Assembly (NCBI GenBank): GCA_040752415.1
Contig: JBFMGU010000236.1
Coordinates: forward strand, 1 to 16,615
Reading direction: 5' to 3'
Origin: Myxococcota bacterium
Lineage (GTDB): Bacteria; Myxococcota; JACRCW01
DNA: 16,615 nucleotides
The notes below the pieces were generated by a model. The model saw nothing but the letters and a program-made list of their open reading frames with translations. It was not told where the DNA came from and made no database searches. Within the stretch, counting starts at the first letter, position 1. Each line of letters starts with the position of its first letter. Shown here in pieces: positions 1 through 7,612 of the stretch. The translations under genes and the position numbers were made by a program.

Positions 1-1
1 T

Positions 2-286
2 GTCGAGCCCGCTGCGCCGGTTCCTGCCGCGCCGCCCGCTGCGGCTGCGGAGGAGAAGGGTTGGGGTTGGTTGTCGGTGGCGGGTTGGGCGTCGTTGGCG
101 GTGGGCACCATCGGCCTCATCATCGGCGCGGTAACGCTGGCCAATCCGCAGGACTTCTACGCGGCCACGTCGACGCAGCGCTTCATCAGCCCCAACAGCG
201 TGTTCGGCTTTGGCTCGCTGGTGGCGGGCGCGGCGCTGGCCGTGGTGGGCGGCGTGTTGCTGTACCTGGACACCGCGCTCAACTGA
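2..286 (+). CDS. 3' fragment of a hypothetical membrane-associated protein (Pro/Ala linker followed by two hydrophobic C-terminal segments)
   Basis: The frame of ORF 71..286 is open from the window edge (VEPAAPVPAAPPAAAAEEKGWGWLSVAGWASLAVGTIGLIIGAVTLA...LVAGAALAVVGGVLLYLDTALN*). It has strong GC3 bias and is followed by a terminator. Confidence 0.75.
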   Translation, partial: VEPAAPVPAAPPAAAAEEKGWGWLSVAGWASLAVGTIGLIIGAVTLANPQDFYAATSTQRFISPNSVFGFGSLVAGAALAVVGGVLLYLDTALN

Positions 287-305
287 TTGAACCCGCAGCG
301 TGGCG

Positions 306-341
306 AGAAGGGTCCGGTGACAACGCCGGGCCTTTTTCTTT
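306..341 (+). terminator. Rho-independent terminator
   Basis: Stem GGTCCGGTG / CGCCGGGCC (with G-U pairs) around an ACAA loop, followed by TTTTTCTTT, about 20 nt after the stop at 286. Confidence 0.75.
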
Positions 342-1031
342 CGACCTGTCCCCGGAGGCGGTCTTCGTCTGGCGCGTGTCGCCGCACCTTGTGGGGCCAC
401 TTCTTTCGATCGGTCCCTCGAGCGGCTCTCCGTCGAGCGGGTGTCTCCGACGTACGTCGTGGAATGCGGTCTGCTGTTCCGTCTGGCGCTTGGAACTCTT
501 GGCTCGGAGGCCAACGGGGGAAAAACCGCAGGGGAATGCGTTGCGCGCGCCAATCGCGGCGCTGGTACCTGTCTCTCGTTTTCATCGTTGGCGTGGCGCG
601 CCTGGTACCCGCTTCGCGTTTCTCATCTCGCTGGCACCTTCCGCCTCTGCCTTTGTCGTCTACGTCTTCGCTGGCTCGTCTTTCCGTCTCCTGGTTGGAT
701 TTTGGTTCCACGAAGAAGAACGGGATTCCCCACCGCGGGTCCCATTTGATTCGCGGCTGCTACGATGACCGCGGCCTTCCTCCGCGCCCGTCCGGCCCAC
801 CGTGTGAGGGTGGTACATCCCATACGCCCGTGAAGCGACTGCGCCGGCCCCCGTGAAGCCGGGCCGGTTACGTATGTGGCGCCAGCGGGCCCGTGGGCCG
901 CTGGTTTCCCGGACAGAATCTGGCAATTCCGAAGCTTATCTCCTGTGCCAACCCCCACTGTGTCTTAGCCCCCCAGCCAGGCATTGTGGCCACGCCGCCT
1001 GGCTGGTTTTGTCCATGGGGCCGGGGGGGCG
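342..1031 (-). ncRNA. Candidate sigma54-dependent long non-coding/regulatory RNA (unassigned; boundaries approximate)
   Basis: Lies directly downstream of a -24/-12 promoter. No ORF with an RBS or coding-type codon bias. Several hairpins (973-1006, 882-904, 844-867) and a purine-rich minus strand with repeated AGAC motifs. Confidence 0.35.
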
Positions 1032-1041
1032 GGAAACGCGG

Positions 1042-1058
1042 AGCACGCGCAGTGCCAA
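1042..1058 (-). promoter_or_regulatory. sigma54 (RpoN) -24/-12 promoter pointing left
   Basis: The minus strand reads TTGGCACTGCGCGTGCT, i.e. TGGCAC-N5-GTGCT with exact GG-N10-GC spacing (consensus TGGCAC-N5-TTGCW). Predicted TSS near 1031. Confidence 0.6.
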
Positions 1059-1097
1059 CCGGCGGGCTCAAGGGCAGTCCGAGTGGAGCAGCCTTTG

Positions 1098-1138
1098 AGC
1101 CTGTCCGAATTCCGGTCAGCCTGTCTGAATTCCCGACA
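1098..1138. promoter_or_regulatory. Tandem 20-bp repeat of a palindromic site, candidate enhancer-binding-protein (bEBP) UAS
   Basis: AGCCTGTCCGAATTCCGGTC and AGCCTGTCTGAATTCCCGAC(A) with a 20-bp period. Copy 2 is TGTC-N9-GACA and copy 1 is TGTC-N9-GTCA. They sit about 70-107 bp upstream of the predicted sigma54 TSS. Confidence 0.5.
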
Positions 1139-1155
1139 CTCGTTCAGCTGTCTCG

Positions 1156-1944
1156 CTACTCCCGCACGATGAGCAGGATGAGCCCGAGCCCGCCGAGGAG
1201 GCTGTACGCTGCGGTCAGCGGGACGGCGAGGGTGAAGAGCAGCTTCTTCCTCGCCGCCGCGTCGAGGTCCCCCAGCACGCCGGAGCCCCGCCAGATTCCC
1301 TGGAATGACGCATGGAGTGCGTACGCGAGCGCGCCGAGGGAGAGGAGCGGTCCCAGGTCGGGCAGCACCCAGAGCACCGCGGCAAACGAGCTGAACAGCG
1401 CGGGCGCGCCGCCCAGGACGGCCACGCGGGAGGCGTTCTGCTTGGCCTCCTTCTTGTCGTCCACCCTCGGCAACACCTTCTCGACGAACTTCCGTCCCAG
1501 CTTGAGTCCGAAGTATCCGAGCGCAATCCACGCCGGGGGAAGCAGGAAGATCCAGAGGGTCGACCAGGTCCGCGTGGTCACGTACGGCTCGACGCCATAG
1601 CTCAGCCCCACGGTGGCCATGCCGGTGGCCGTGCACAACGCCGCCACGCCGGACATCACCACAGCCGCAATGCCCACGCTGGAGCGTTCCCCGAGGAAGA
1701 CACCGCCCTGCGAGAGCGAGCGCTCCCAGCCATCCCTGGGCGCGAACGTCAGCTCCACGACGTCAAAGATGCCCGCCGCCATGCGCGAGGGGCTGAACAT
1801 GGCCACGCCGGTGGCCACCTCGAGCGTGGGACTGCTGATTTCGGGGGCGGGGCCGTCGCCGGTGGGAAGCAGGCGGCCGCACCGCTTGCAGCGCGGGTTT
1901 TCAAAGTTGATGGGGACAAACGCCTTGCAGCCGGGGCATTGCAC
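1156..1944 (-). CDS. Zinc-ribbon plus Yip1-like multi-pass membrane protein
   Basis: N-terminal CPGC...CKRC, then about five hydrophobic helices. GTG start preceded by GGAG. The Yip1 assignment rests on topology resemblance only. Confidence 0.7.
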   Translation of the reverse strand: MQCPGCKAFVPINFENPRCKRCGRLLPTGDGPAPEISSPTLEVATGVAMFSPSRMAAGIFDVVELTFAPRDGWERSLSQGGVFLGERSSVGIAAVVMSGVAALCTATGMATVGLSYGVEPYVTTRTWSTLWIFLLPPAWIALGYFGLKLGRKFVEKVLPRVDDKKEAKQNASRVAVLGGAPALFSSFAAVLWVLPDLGPLLSLGALAYALHASFQGIWRGSGVLGDLDAAARKKLLFTLAVPLTAAYSLLGGLGLILLIVRE

Positions 1945-2030
1945 GGCTCCGGTTATAGACGGGAAGGCGCCCGGGTTGCAGCCGGGCGGGTTTGCGCCTG
2001 TGGATGGGGGTGCGGTAACAGCCCGCCGCC

Positions 2031-2912
2031 GTGAGTCTCCCGTCGGAAAAGCTCCCGCCCGAGCCCCAGTCAGTGCCGTTTGCGGTGGTGCCGCGGACCG
2101 GCCTTCCGGATCCTCTTGAGGCGGGCATTCGGCTCCCCACGCGTTTCATCCGGCTGTGGGACGTCATCACGGCCACGGTGGACGTGCGGGCCTGCGCGCT
2201 GATGGCGTTCTGCGGCGGGTGGCTCGTGTTCACGCAGATCCACTGCACGCTCGGCGCGTTCGACCGCGACATCAAGCCTCGCATCGCTGACTGGAACCCG
2301 TACCTCAAGCCCATCTTCGCGCACCTCTACTGGTTCCTGTGCGGGCCCATCGTCCTCTTCCTCATCCCGCTGTTGCTGGGGTGTTGGCTGCTGAAGGTGA
2401 AACCCGCGGACCTCGGCGCGGGGCTGGGCAACTGGCGCAGTGGCCTGAAATGGACCTTGGGGATCTTCGCAGGGTTCCTGCCCGTGGTCATCACGGTGAG
2501 CTTCTTTGACGCCTTCAAGCGCACCTATCCCATGAACGGGTGGGCGGGCACGGAGGCCGTGAACTATTTCACGGGGAAGGGCGGCAGCGTCCTGCCCATC
2601 CTCATCTACGAGCTGGCCTACGGCCTCTACTTCATCGGCTGGGAGTTCTTCTTCCGCGGCTTCATGGGTTTTGGCCTGTTCCGCACGCTGGGCTGGTACA
2701 GCGTGCTGGTGGCGACGATCCCGTTCGCCGTCATGCACGTGGGCAAGCCGGAGCCTGAAGCGTTGGGCAGCGTGGTGGCGGGCATTGCGCTGGGGATCTT
2801 TGCGTTGAAGGAGCGCAGTTTCCTCTACGGGGCGCTGCTCCATATGCTGGTGGCCTGGAGTATGGATATCCTGGCCATCACGCACAAGGTCCGGGACGCG
2901 CTGGGCAAATGA
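2031..2912 (+). CDS. CPBP-family (Abi/Rce1-like, CAAX type II) intramembrane glutamic endopeptidase
   Basis: Multi-pass membrane protein with motifs WEFFFRG, FAVMH(VGKP) and ALLH matching CPBP motifs. High GC3. Start uncertain. Confidence 0.88.
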   Translation: MSLPSEKLPPEPQSVPFAVVPRTGLPDPLEAGIRLPTRFIRLWDVITATVDVRACALMAFCGGWLVFTQIHCTLGAFDRDIKPRIADWNPYLKPIFAHLYWFLCGPIVLFLIPLLLGCWLLKVKPADLGAGLGNWRSGLKWTLGIFAGFLPVVITVSFFDAFKRTYPMNGWAGTEAVNYFTGKGGSVLPILIYELAYGLYFIGWEFFFRGFMGFGLFRTLGWYSVLVATIPFAVMHVGKPEPEALGSVVAGIALGIFALKERSFLYGALLHMLVAWSMDILAITHKVRDALGK

Positions 2913-3439
2913 GCACCGTCGAGAATCCTCCCCCTCCTGCCCCCATCAGCGCGCGCGCGACTCCCACGCTCGCGCCGGCGCCGTCCCGCGTGCGCGTGGG
3001 TCTTGTGGGCGGTGGTGCGGCCGGCGTGGTGGCGGCTGCGCTCTCCTTGCTTGGCCTCACCCTCATCGAGCCGGAGCTGGCGCTGGGAACGGCGGTGCCG
3101 CTGGTCGCAACGTCGTTGGCGGTGGTGTTGGCCACGGCGGCGGGCGGGATGCGTTCGGGTGGAGTGAGCACTGCCATGGCGGCGGGGTTGGTGGCGTTGC
3201 TCGTCGTGGGGTTTCCGTTGTTCGTGGCCATGGAGCCGGTGTGGTGGCGCTTTGCGGCGGGGATGACGGCGCCGCTGCTCGTCGGTGCGGCGTTGGCCTA
3301 CGGTGTTCCCGAGGCGTTGGAGCCCGCGCACGTCACGGTGAAGGACGCGGTGGCGGCGTGGCTCAATGCGCCGTGGCGTCTGATGCGCGCCATTGCGCTG
3401 GCCCTGCTGGGGCGTGACGAGGCGCCGGTTCGTCGCTGA
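2909..3439 (+). CDS. Hypothetical membrane protein (about four TM segments)
   Basis: ATGA overlap with the CPBP stop, hydrophobic Ala/Val/Leu/Gly segments, coding-type codon bias. Confidence 0.7.
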   Translation: MSTVENPPPPAPISARATPTLAPAPSRVRVGLVGGGAAGVVAAALSLLGLTLIEPELALGTAVPLVATSLAVVLATAAGGMRSGGVSTAMAAGLVALLVVGFPLFVAMEPVWWRFAAGMTAPLLVGAALAYGVPEALEPAHVTVKDAVAAWLNAPWRLMRAIALALLGRDEAPVRR

Positions 3440-3642
3440 CCCGCACCTTCGCGTCGGGCCGGCCCTGCGAGCGCAATGTCCTCACAGGCGCGGCGGCGCT
3501 CGCTTTGGAGTGCGGTGCGGAGCGCAAACGTGCCCGCGTGACTCGTGGTCAGCGAAGCACCGCTTTGGCCCGGGCCACGTCGTTGTCAGGCCCGTCCGAT
3601 CGTCGAAACCGCAGACTCAGTGTGCTCGCCCGGCACAACACG

Positions 3643-4929
3643 TCAGATCGCGCGCGCAGCCGGTCCGTCGGCGCTCCCGCCCTGACGACGCACCGGTGCC
3701 TTCTGCGGCAGACCACGCAGGAGCGCGCCGACGGTGTCACGGACGGGGTCGGTGGCGCGGAGGCGCGCGGCCATGCTGCGGGCGCGGGCGCGCATCTGGG
3801 AGTTGGCCAGCGCTTCCTGGAGGGCGCGGGTGAGGCGGCGGGCGGTGAGGTGACGTCGCCAGATGGGCCTGGGCCCCATGCCCAGCGTGAAGACCTGGTG
3901 GCCCCAGTAGTGCTGGTCCATGAGGTGCGGCACCACCACCTGTGGCACTCCTGCGCGGGCCGCCGCCGACGTGGTCCCCGCGCCGCCATGGTGCGCCACC
4001 GCGGCCATGCGCGGGAGGAGCAGCGCGTGGTCCAGCGGCGGGATGAGCTTGCAGTGCGGCGGGACCTTGAGCCCGTTGAGCGTGGCGAACTCGCCGGAGA
4101 TGAGCGCGCGTCTTCCCAGCGCCCACATGCTCTCGAAGATGAGGTCCGCGGTGCGGTTGGGGTTGGGGTCCGGTACGCTGCCAAAGCCGATGTAGACGGG
4201 TGGCTCGCCCTCGAGGACGAACGCTTCCACGTCGTCAGGGAGCCGGCCGGACGCGGGGCACTGCAGCGCGCCGGTCTGCAGCACGGGCACTTCCACGTCG
4301 GCGGGGACGGTGCTGAGGGCGGGATCCGCGGCGAGGATGGGTTGGCTGCCGACGAGGTGTCGCAGCACGTCCTGGATGGGGCGCAGGCCCAGGCGGGTGC
4401 GGAGGCGGTTGATGAGCGGCCGCACCGTCATCTCGATGGCCGACTGGCCCACCTGCCAGGAGAGCCGGTTGGCCCACGTAGGCAGCGACGACCACGGCAG
4501 GATCCACGGCGGGTGCTCCGACGAGGGCAGGAACTGCGGGCAGTAGAACAGGTAGCGGTAGGGCACCCCCATCAGCTCCGCCACCGACGCGGCCGCCAGG
4601 TGCACCGAGCCCCCCACGACGAGGTCCGCGTTCTTGACGACCGGCAGCAGGCTGGCGAACTGCGATTCCACCTCGGACTCGAGCAGCTTCGCGACCCCCT
4701 GGAGCAACTCGATGGGGTTGGCGTTCGCGCGCCACGCATGCTCGCGCACGTAGCTGTGGAAGTCGCGACCCATCGGGAGGAACGGGACGCCGCGTTCCCG
4801 GACCCAGTCCGAATGGTTGGGTGACGCGCAGACCAGGACGCTGTGGCCACCCGCCTGAAGCCCACCGGCGAGCGCGACCATCGGTTGCACGTCGCCCCGA
4901 GATCCGGAGGCTGCGAGGATGATTCTCAC
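3643..4929 (-). CDS. GT1-family (GT-B) glycosyltransferase, sterol/antibiotic glycosyltransferase-like
   Basis: N-terminal GSRGDVQP, YIGFGS and HHGGAGTT...GVPQVVVPHLMDQHYW motifs. GTG at 4929 is preceded by GGGAGG; the ORF track starts at 4941. Confidence 0.92.
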   Translation of the reverse strand: MRIILAASGSRGDVQPMVALAGGLQAGGHSVLVCASPNHSDWVRERGVPFLPMGRDFHSYVREHAWRANANPIELLQGVAKLLESEVESQFASLLPVVKNADLVVGGSVHLAAASVAELMGVPYRYLFYCPQFLPSSEHPPWILPWSSLPTWANRLSWQVGQSAIEMTVRPLINRLRTRLGLRPIQDVLRHLVGSQPILAADPALSTVPADVEVPVLQTGALQCPASGRLPDDVEAFVLEGEPPVYIGFGSVPDPNPNRTADLIFESMWALGRRALISGEFATLNGLKVPPHCKLIPPLDHALLLPRMAAVAHHGGAGTTSAAARAGVPQVVVPHLMDQHYWGHQVFTLGMGPRPIWRRHLTARRLTRALQEALANSQMRARARSMAARLRATDPVRDTVGALLRGLPQKAPVRRQGGSADGPAARAI

Positions 4930-5117
4930 GTTCCCTCCCAACGCCGGGCGTGCGCGTCAGCGCGGAGGAAACAGCGACGAGGGGTGGATTATTTCTCCGG
5001 GGATCTCGAAGCTGTTGCGCGTCGTCGAAACGTCGTCGGCGCCCGGTCGCCCGCTGTTCCGACCGCGCGTTTCGCGCTAGATCCCGCCCCCCGGAAGGGG
5101 CACAGGGATCGGATTCC

Positions 5118-5582
5118 ATGGAGCGGCGCAAATGGGGGAGGACGCGGCGCGTTGTTGGCGTTGGGACGGTGTTGGTCCTTGTGGGAGCCTGCAACTACTT
5201 CAAGGCGGCCACGTGTTTCTCCCACGAGGACTCGGAATGCGAGCCGGGGTACTACTGCGACGTCGAGCGCGAAGTCTGCGTCCAGGGTACGCGCCCAGAT
5301 GCCGGAATCGAGTCGACCGCGTCCTCGTCTTCCAGCGGCGGGAACTCGACGTCTTCCGACGCAAGCTCAGGATCATCTTCGTCCGGCTCGTCCGGCGGCA
5401 CCTCATCTGGCCCGTATGAGAGTCCGGGCAGACTGAGAGTGACCGTCGGTGGAGGAGCGCGTTTGGACGGCAACGGTCGAACCCTCTACCTCAATGTCGG
5501 ATCGCCGTTGGGCGGGCGGCCGACGGGACCCAACAGCTACGTCGAGCCCGGGATTCCGGCGCAGACGCGGTCACACCCATGA
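5118..5582 (+). CDS. Lipoprotein: Cys-rich motif, Ser/Gly linker, small C-terminal beta-rich domain (module 1 putative anchor)
   Basis: From ATG 5118: MERRKWGRTRRVVGVGTVLVLVGA-C (basic N-region, hydrophobic core, lipobox-like). Then CFSHEDSECEPGYYCDVEREVC and a Ser-rich tract. ATGA overlap with the next gene. Confidence 0.75.
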   Translation: MERRKWGRTRRVVGVGTVLVLVGACNYFKAATCFSHEDSECEPGYYCDVEREVCVQGTRPDAGIESTASSSSSGGNSTSSDASSGSSSSGSSGGTSSGPYESPGRLRVTVGGGARLDGNGRTLYLNVGSPLGGRPTGPNSYVEPGIPAQTRSHP

Positions 5583-7588
5583 ACCCACGCACCATCGTTT
5601 CTCGCGCGCTTCCGGCGGCGATGATCGCGGTCATCGCAGGCTACGCGCCTCCGTCGTCTGCGACGCCACCCGAGAAGATCAACATCCAAGGCGTCCTTCG
5701 AGAGGATGCTGGTGGATTGCAGGATGGCCTTTTTACGTTTCGCGTTCGCCTGATTGACGGCGATGCTGCATTCTACGACGAGACCTATCCCAGCGTCGTC
5801 GTGGAGAGCGGTGTCTTCAGCCTGGATCTCGACGCGACCGGAGCCGGACTCCCCTTGCTTCTGCAACAGCACCCAGCCGCACGCGTTGAGATCACGGTTG
5901 ACGGCGAGGTTCTTTCGGCGGAACCGCTGGGCTCGTCTCCCTACGCGCTCTACTGCGGCGCTGCGGACTCCGCGATCAACGCGCTGCAATTGGGAGGAAG
6001 ACCGGCAGCGGAATGGGTAGCGCGTGACGCCTTGTCAGACGCGGACCCGGCGACGGCGCCTGTGAGTTGGAAGGGTTTGACGTCCTTCCCGTCGGGTTGC
6101 CCGGAGGGGCAGTTTGCCGTCGGGTTTGACGACGCCACCGGAGATCTGCTCTGTGACGTTGGAACGTCTGAAGCTGACATCACGTCGGTGACGGCAGGGA
6201 GTGGTCTTCTCGGCGGTGGGGCCAGCGGTGCGCTAACGCTCGGGGTCGACCCCACGGTTGTGCAGGCGCGCGTTTCGGGAGCGTGTGCCGCTGGGTTCGC
6301 GGTGTCGAGCATTGACGAGGCGGGACAGGTGGCTTGCGAAGCGACCGGCATCACTTCTCTGAACGTCGGGCCAGGCCTTTCAAGTGGCGGTACTGGGACA
6401 GCGACGGTCATCGAGATCGATGAGACGTACGTTCAAAGAAGGGTATCGAGCGCCTGCGCGCCCGGTTCCTTCATTACCGGGATCGCGGCTGACGGCTCTG
6501 TGACGTGTGATCCGGACCGTACCAACTCGTTCACTCGGACTCTGCATGTTCCTACAGTCCCCGGCGACGCAGCGCAGGCTGGACAGAGGCTTGTGAATGC
6601 GGTGGCGGACGCATCCGACGCGACAGCGCAGAATCCCTACCTCATCAAACTGGAGCCCGGCACATACGATCTCGGCACTTCGAGTCTCGCGCTGCTCCCC
6701 TACGTTGATATCGAGGGTGCTGGAAGGCGAGCCACCGTCGTGTCTTCATCCTTCGACGGTGTGTCCGGCACCATCGTGCTTGCTGGCAACAACGAGCTTC
6801 GAGCGCTGACGGTGGACAACCGGGGTGGCGGAACCAAGGCCACTGCCGTGTCCGGGAACGCAGATGGCTTGCGTTTGGTGGACGTGGTCTTGAGTGCAAC
6901 TGCGCCGTCCGGCCTCGCACGCGGGCTGGATATCGCTGGTGGGACCGTGGAGCTGAGGTCTGTGACAGTGAGCGTTAGCGGTGCCGAGTCCACGGGCGTG
7001 AATCTGACGTCGGCGACCCTTGATTTGTCTGATGTCATCATCGGTGTTGCAGGGGCGGTCAACGCCCGCGGTCTGGCGTGCACCCAGTCAAGTGGTCACG
7101 TGAGGGCAGTTCGCGTCACCGCGATTGACGCAAACACGACAATCGGCGTCGTGGCATCGCAGTGCGGGGCGGAGATGACGGACGTCAGCGTCGTCGTAAC
7201 CAGTGCCGACTCCTGCCAGGGATACCTCATCGAACTCACGCCGTCTCCAAGGGTGACGCGTTCGTCGGCGGATGTGTCATGCACGAACGCGCATGGCGTC
7301 CTGGTTGGCGCAGAACCCGCCGATCCCCTGTTCGAGTCCGTCACCCTCACCGCCGCCGGTGGTCCAACCGCGACGGCGGTGGGGCTCTATCGCACGGGTG
7401 ACTCAGCGACGTTCCGCAACTCGAGCTTGAATGCGCCAGTGGCGGTGCAAGCTGCGGCGCCCTCCACATTCCGCGCCGCGTCGACGCTGATATCCGGCAC
7501 GCTTCTGAACGACCCTGGAACAGCGTCGTTCGTCTGCGCCGGCGCGTTCAACGCGCAATACGTATCCCTCAATGCAACATGCCAGTAG
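5579..7588 (+). CDS. Secreted tail-fibre/tailspike-like protein (N-terminal domain, Cys/beta stalk repeats, C-terminal right-handed beta-helix-like region)
   Basis: Signal peptide; INIQGVLRE...VESGVFSLDL...SSPYAL N-terminal domain; 57-aa tandem repeats; PYLIKLEPGTYDLG...YVDIEGAGRRATVV typical of the start of pectin-lyase-like beta-helices. Confidence 0.75.
   Translation: MNPRTIVSRALPAAMIAVIAGYAPPSSATPPEKINIQGVLREDAGGLQDGLFTFRVRLIDGDAAFYDETYPSVVVESGVFSLDLDATGAGLPLLLQQHPAARVEITVDGEVLSAEPLGSSPYALYCGAADSAINALQLGGRPAAEWVARDALSDADPATAPVSWKGLTSFPSGCPEGQFAVGFDDATGDLLCDVGTSEADITSVTAGSGLLGGGASGALTLGVDPTVVQARVSGACAAGFAVSSIDEAGQVACEATGITSLNVGPGLSSGGTGTATVIEIDETYVQRRVSSACAPGSFITGIAADGSVTCDPDRTNSFTRTLHVPTVPGDAAQAGQRLVNAVADASDATAQNPYLIKLEPGTYDLGTSSLALLPYVDIEGAGRRATVVSSSFDGVSGTIVLAGNNELRALTVDNRGGGTKATAVSGNADGLRLVDVVLSATAPSGLARGLDIAGGTVELRSVTVSVSGAESTGVNLTSATLDLSDVIIGVAGAVNARGLACTQSSGHVRAVRVTAIDANTTIGVVASQCGAEMTDVSVVVTSADSCQGYLIELTPSPRVTRSSADVSCTNAHGVLVGAEPADPLFESVTLTAAGGPTATAVGLYRTGDSATFRNSSLNAPVAVQAAAPSTFRAASTLISGTLLNDPGTASFVCAGAFNAQYVSLNATCQ
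6098..6511 (+). repeat. Protein-level tandem repeats in the fibre stalk (three C-x2-G...G-x3-C units, two IT-S-[VL]-x2-G-x-GL units)
   Basis: CPEGQFAVGFDDATGDLLC / CAAGFAVSSIDEAGQVAC / CAPGSFITGIAADGSVTC, interleaved with ITSVTAGSGLLGGGASGALTLGVD / ITSLNVGPGLSSGGTGTATVIEID. Confidence 0.7.
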
Positions 7589-7612
7589 CGTCTCGGGGCC
7601 TGGCGCGAAGCA

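Noticed and set aside
559..638. CRISPR array
   Set aside because: Only two or three degenerate units, no constant repeat with unique spacers, and no cas genes.
157..711. 184-aa Arg-rich minus-strand ORF as the target of the sigma54 promoter
   Set aside because: No RBS, no recognisable domain and no coding-type codon bias. It runs through the terminator and overlaps the convergent gene by 130 nt. Not fully excluded.
921..951. Additional sigma54-like motifs (TGGCAATTCCGAAGC on plus; TTGGCACAGGAGATAAGC on minus)
   Set aside because: The first has a poor -12 element and the second lacks GC at the required GG-N10-GC spacing.
342..1031. RNase P RNA, tmRNA, SRP RNA or tRNA in the long intergenic region
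   Set aside because: GACAGAATCTGGC near 912 loosely recalls the RNase P 3' end, but the GAGGAAAGTCC motif is absent. No tRNA-like ends or T-loop/CCA were seen.
1065..1101. Inverted repeat GGCTCAAGGGC/GCCTTTGAGCC as terminator of the 1156..1944 gene
   Set aside because: There is no U-tract on the minus strand and the loop is 15 nt. Its role is unclear, so it was not called.
3467..3563. Inverted repeats between convergent genes (GCGAGCGC/GCGCTCGC; GCGGTGC/GCACCGC)
   Set aside because: Short GC-rich stems with large loops are expected by chance, and support as a terminator or REP element is weak.
3505..4824. Long antisense ORFs (also 2070..2885, 9579..11210, 11609..13180, 13567..14643, 15170..16363)
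   Set aside because: These are typical high-GC shadow frames opposite genes with clear family motifs.
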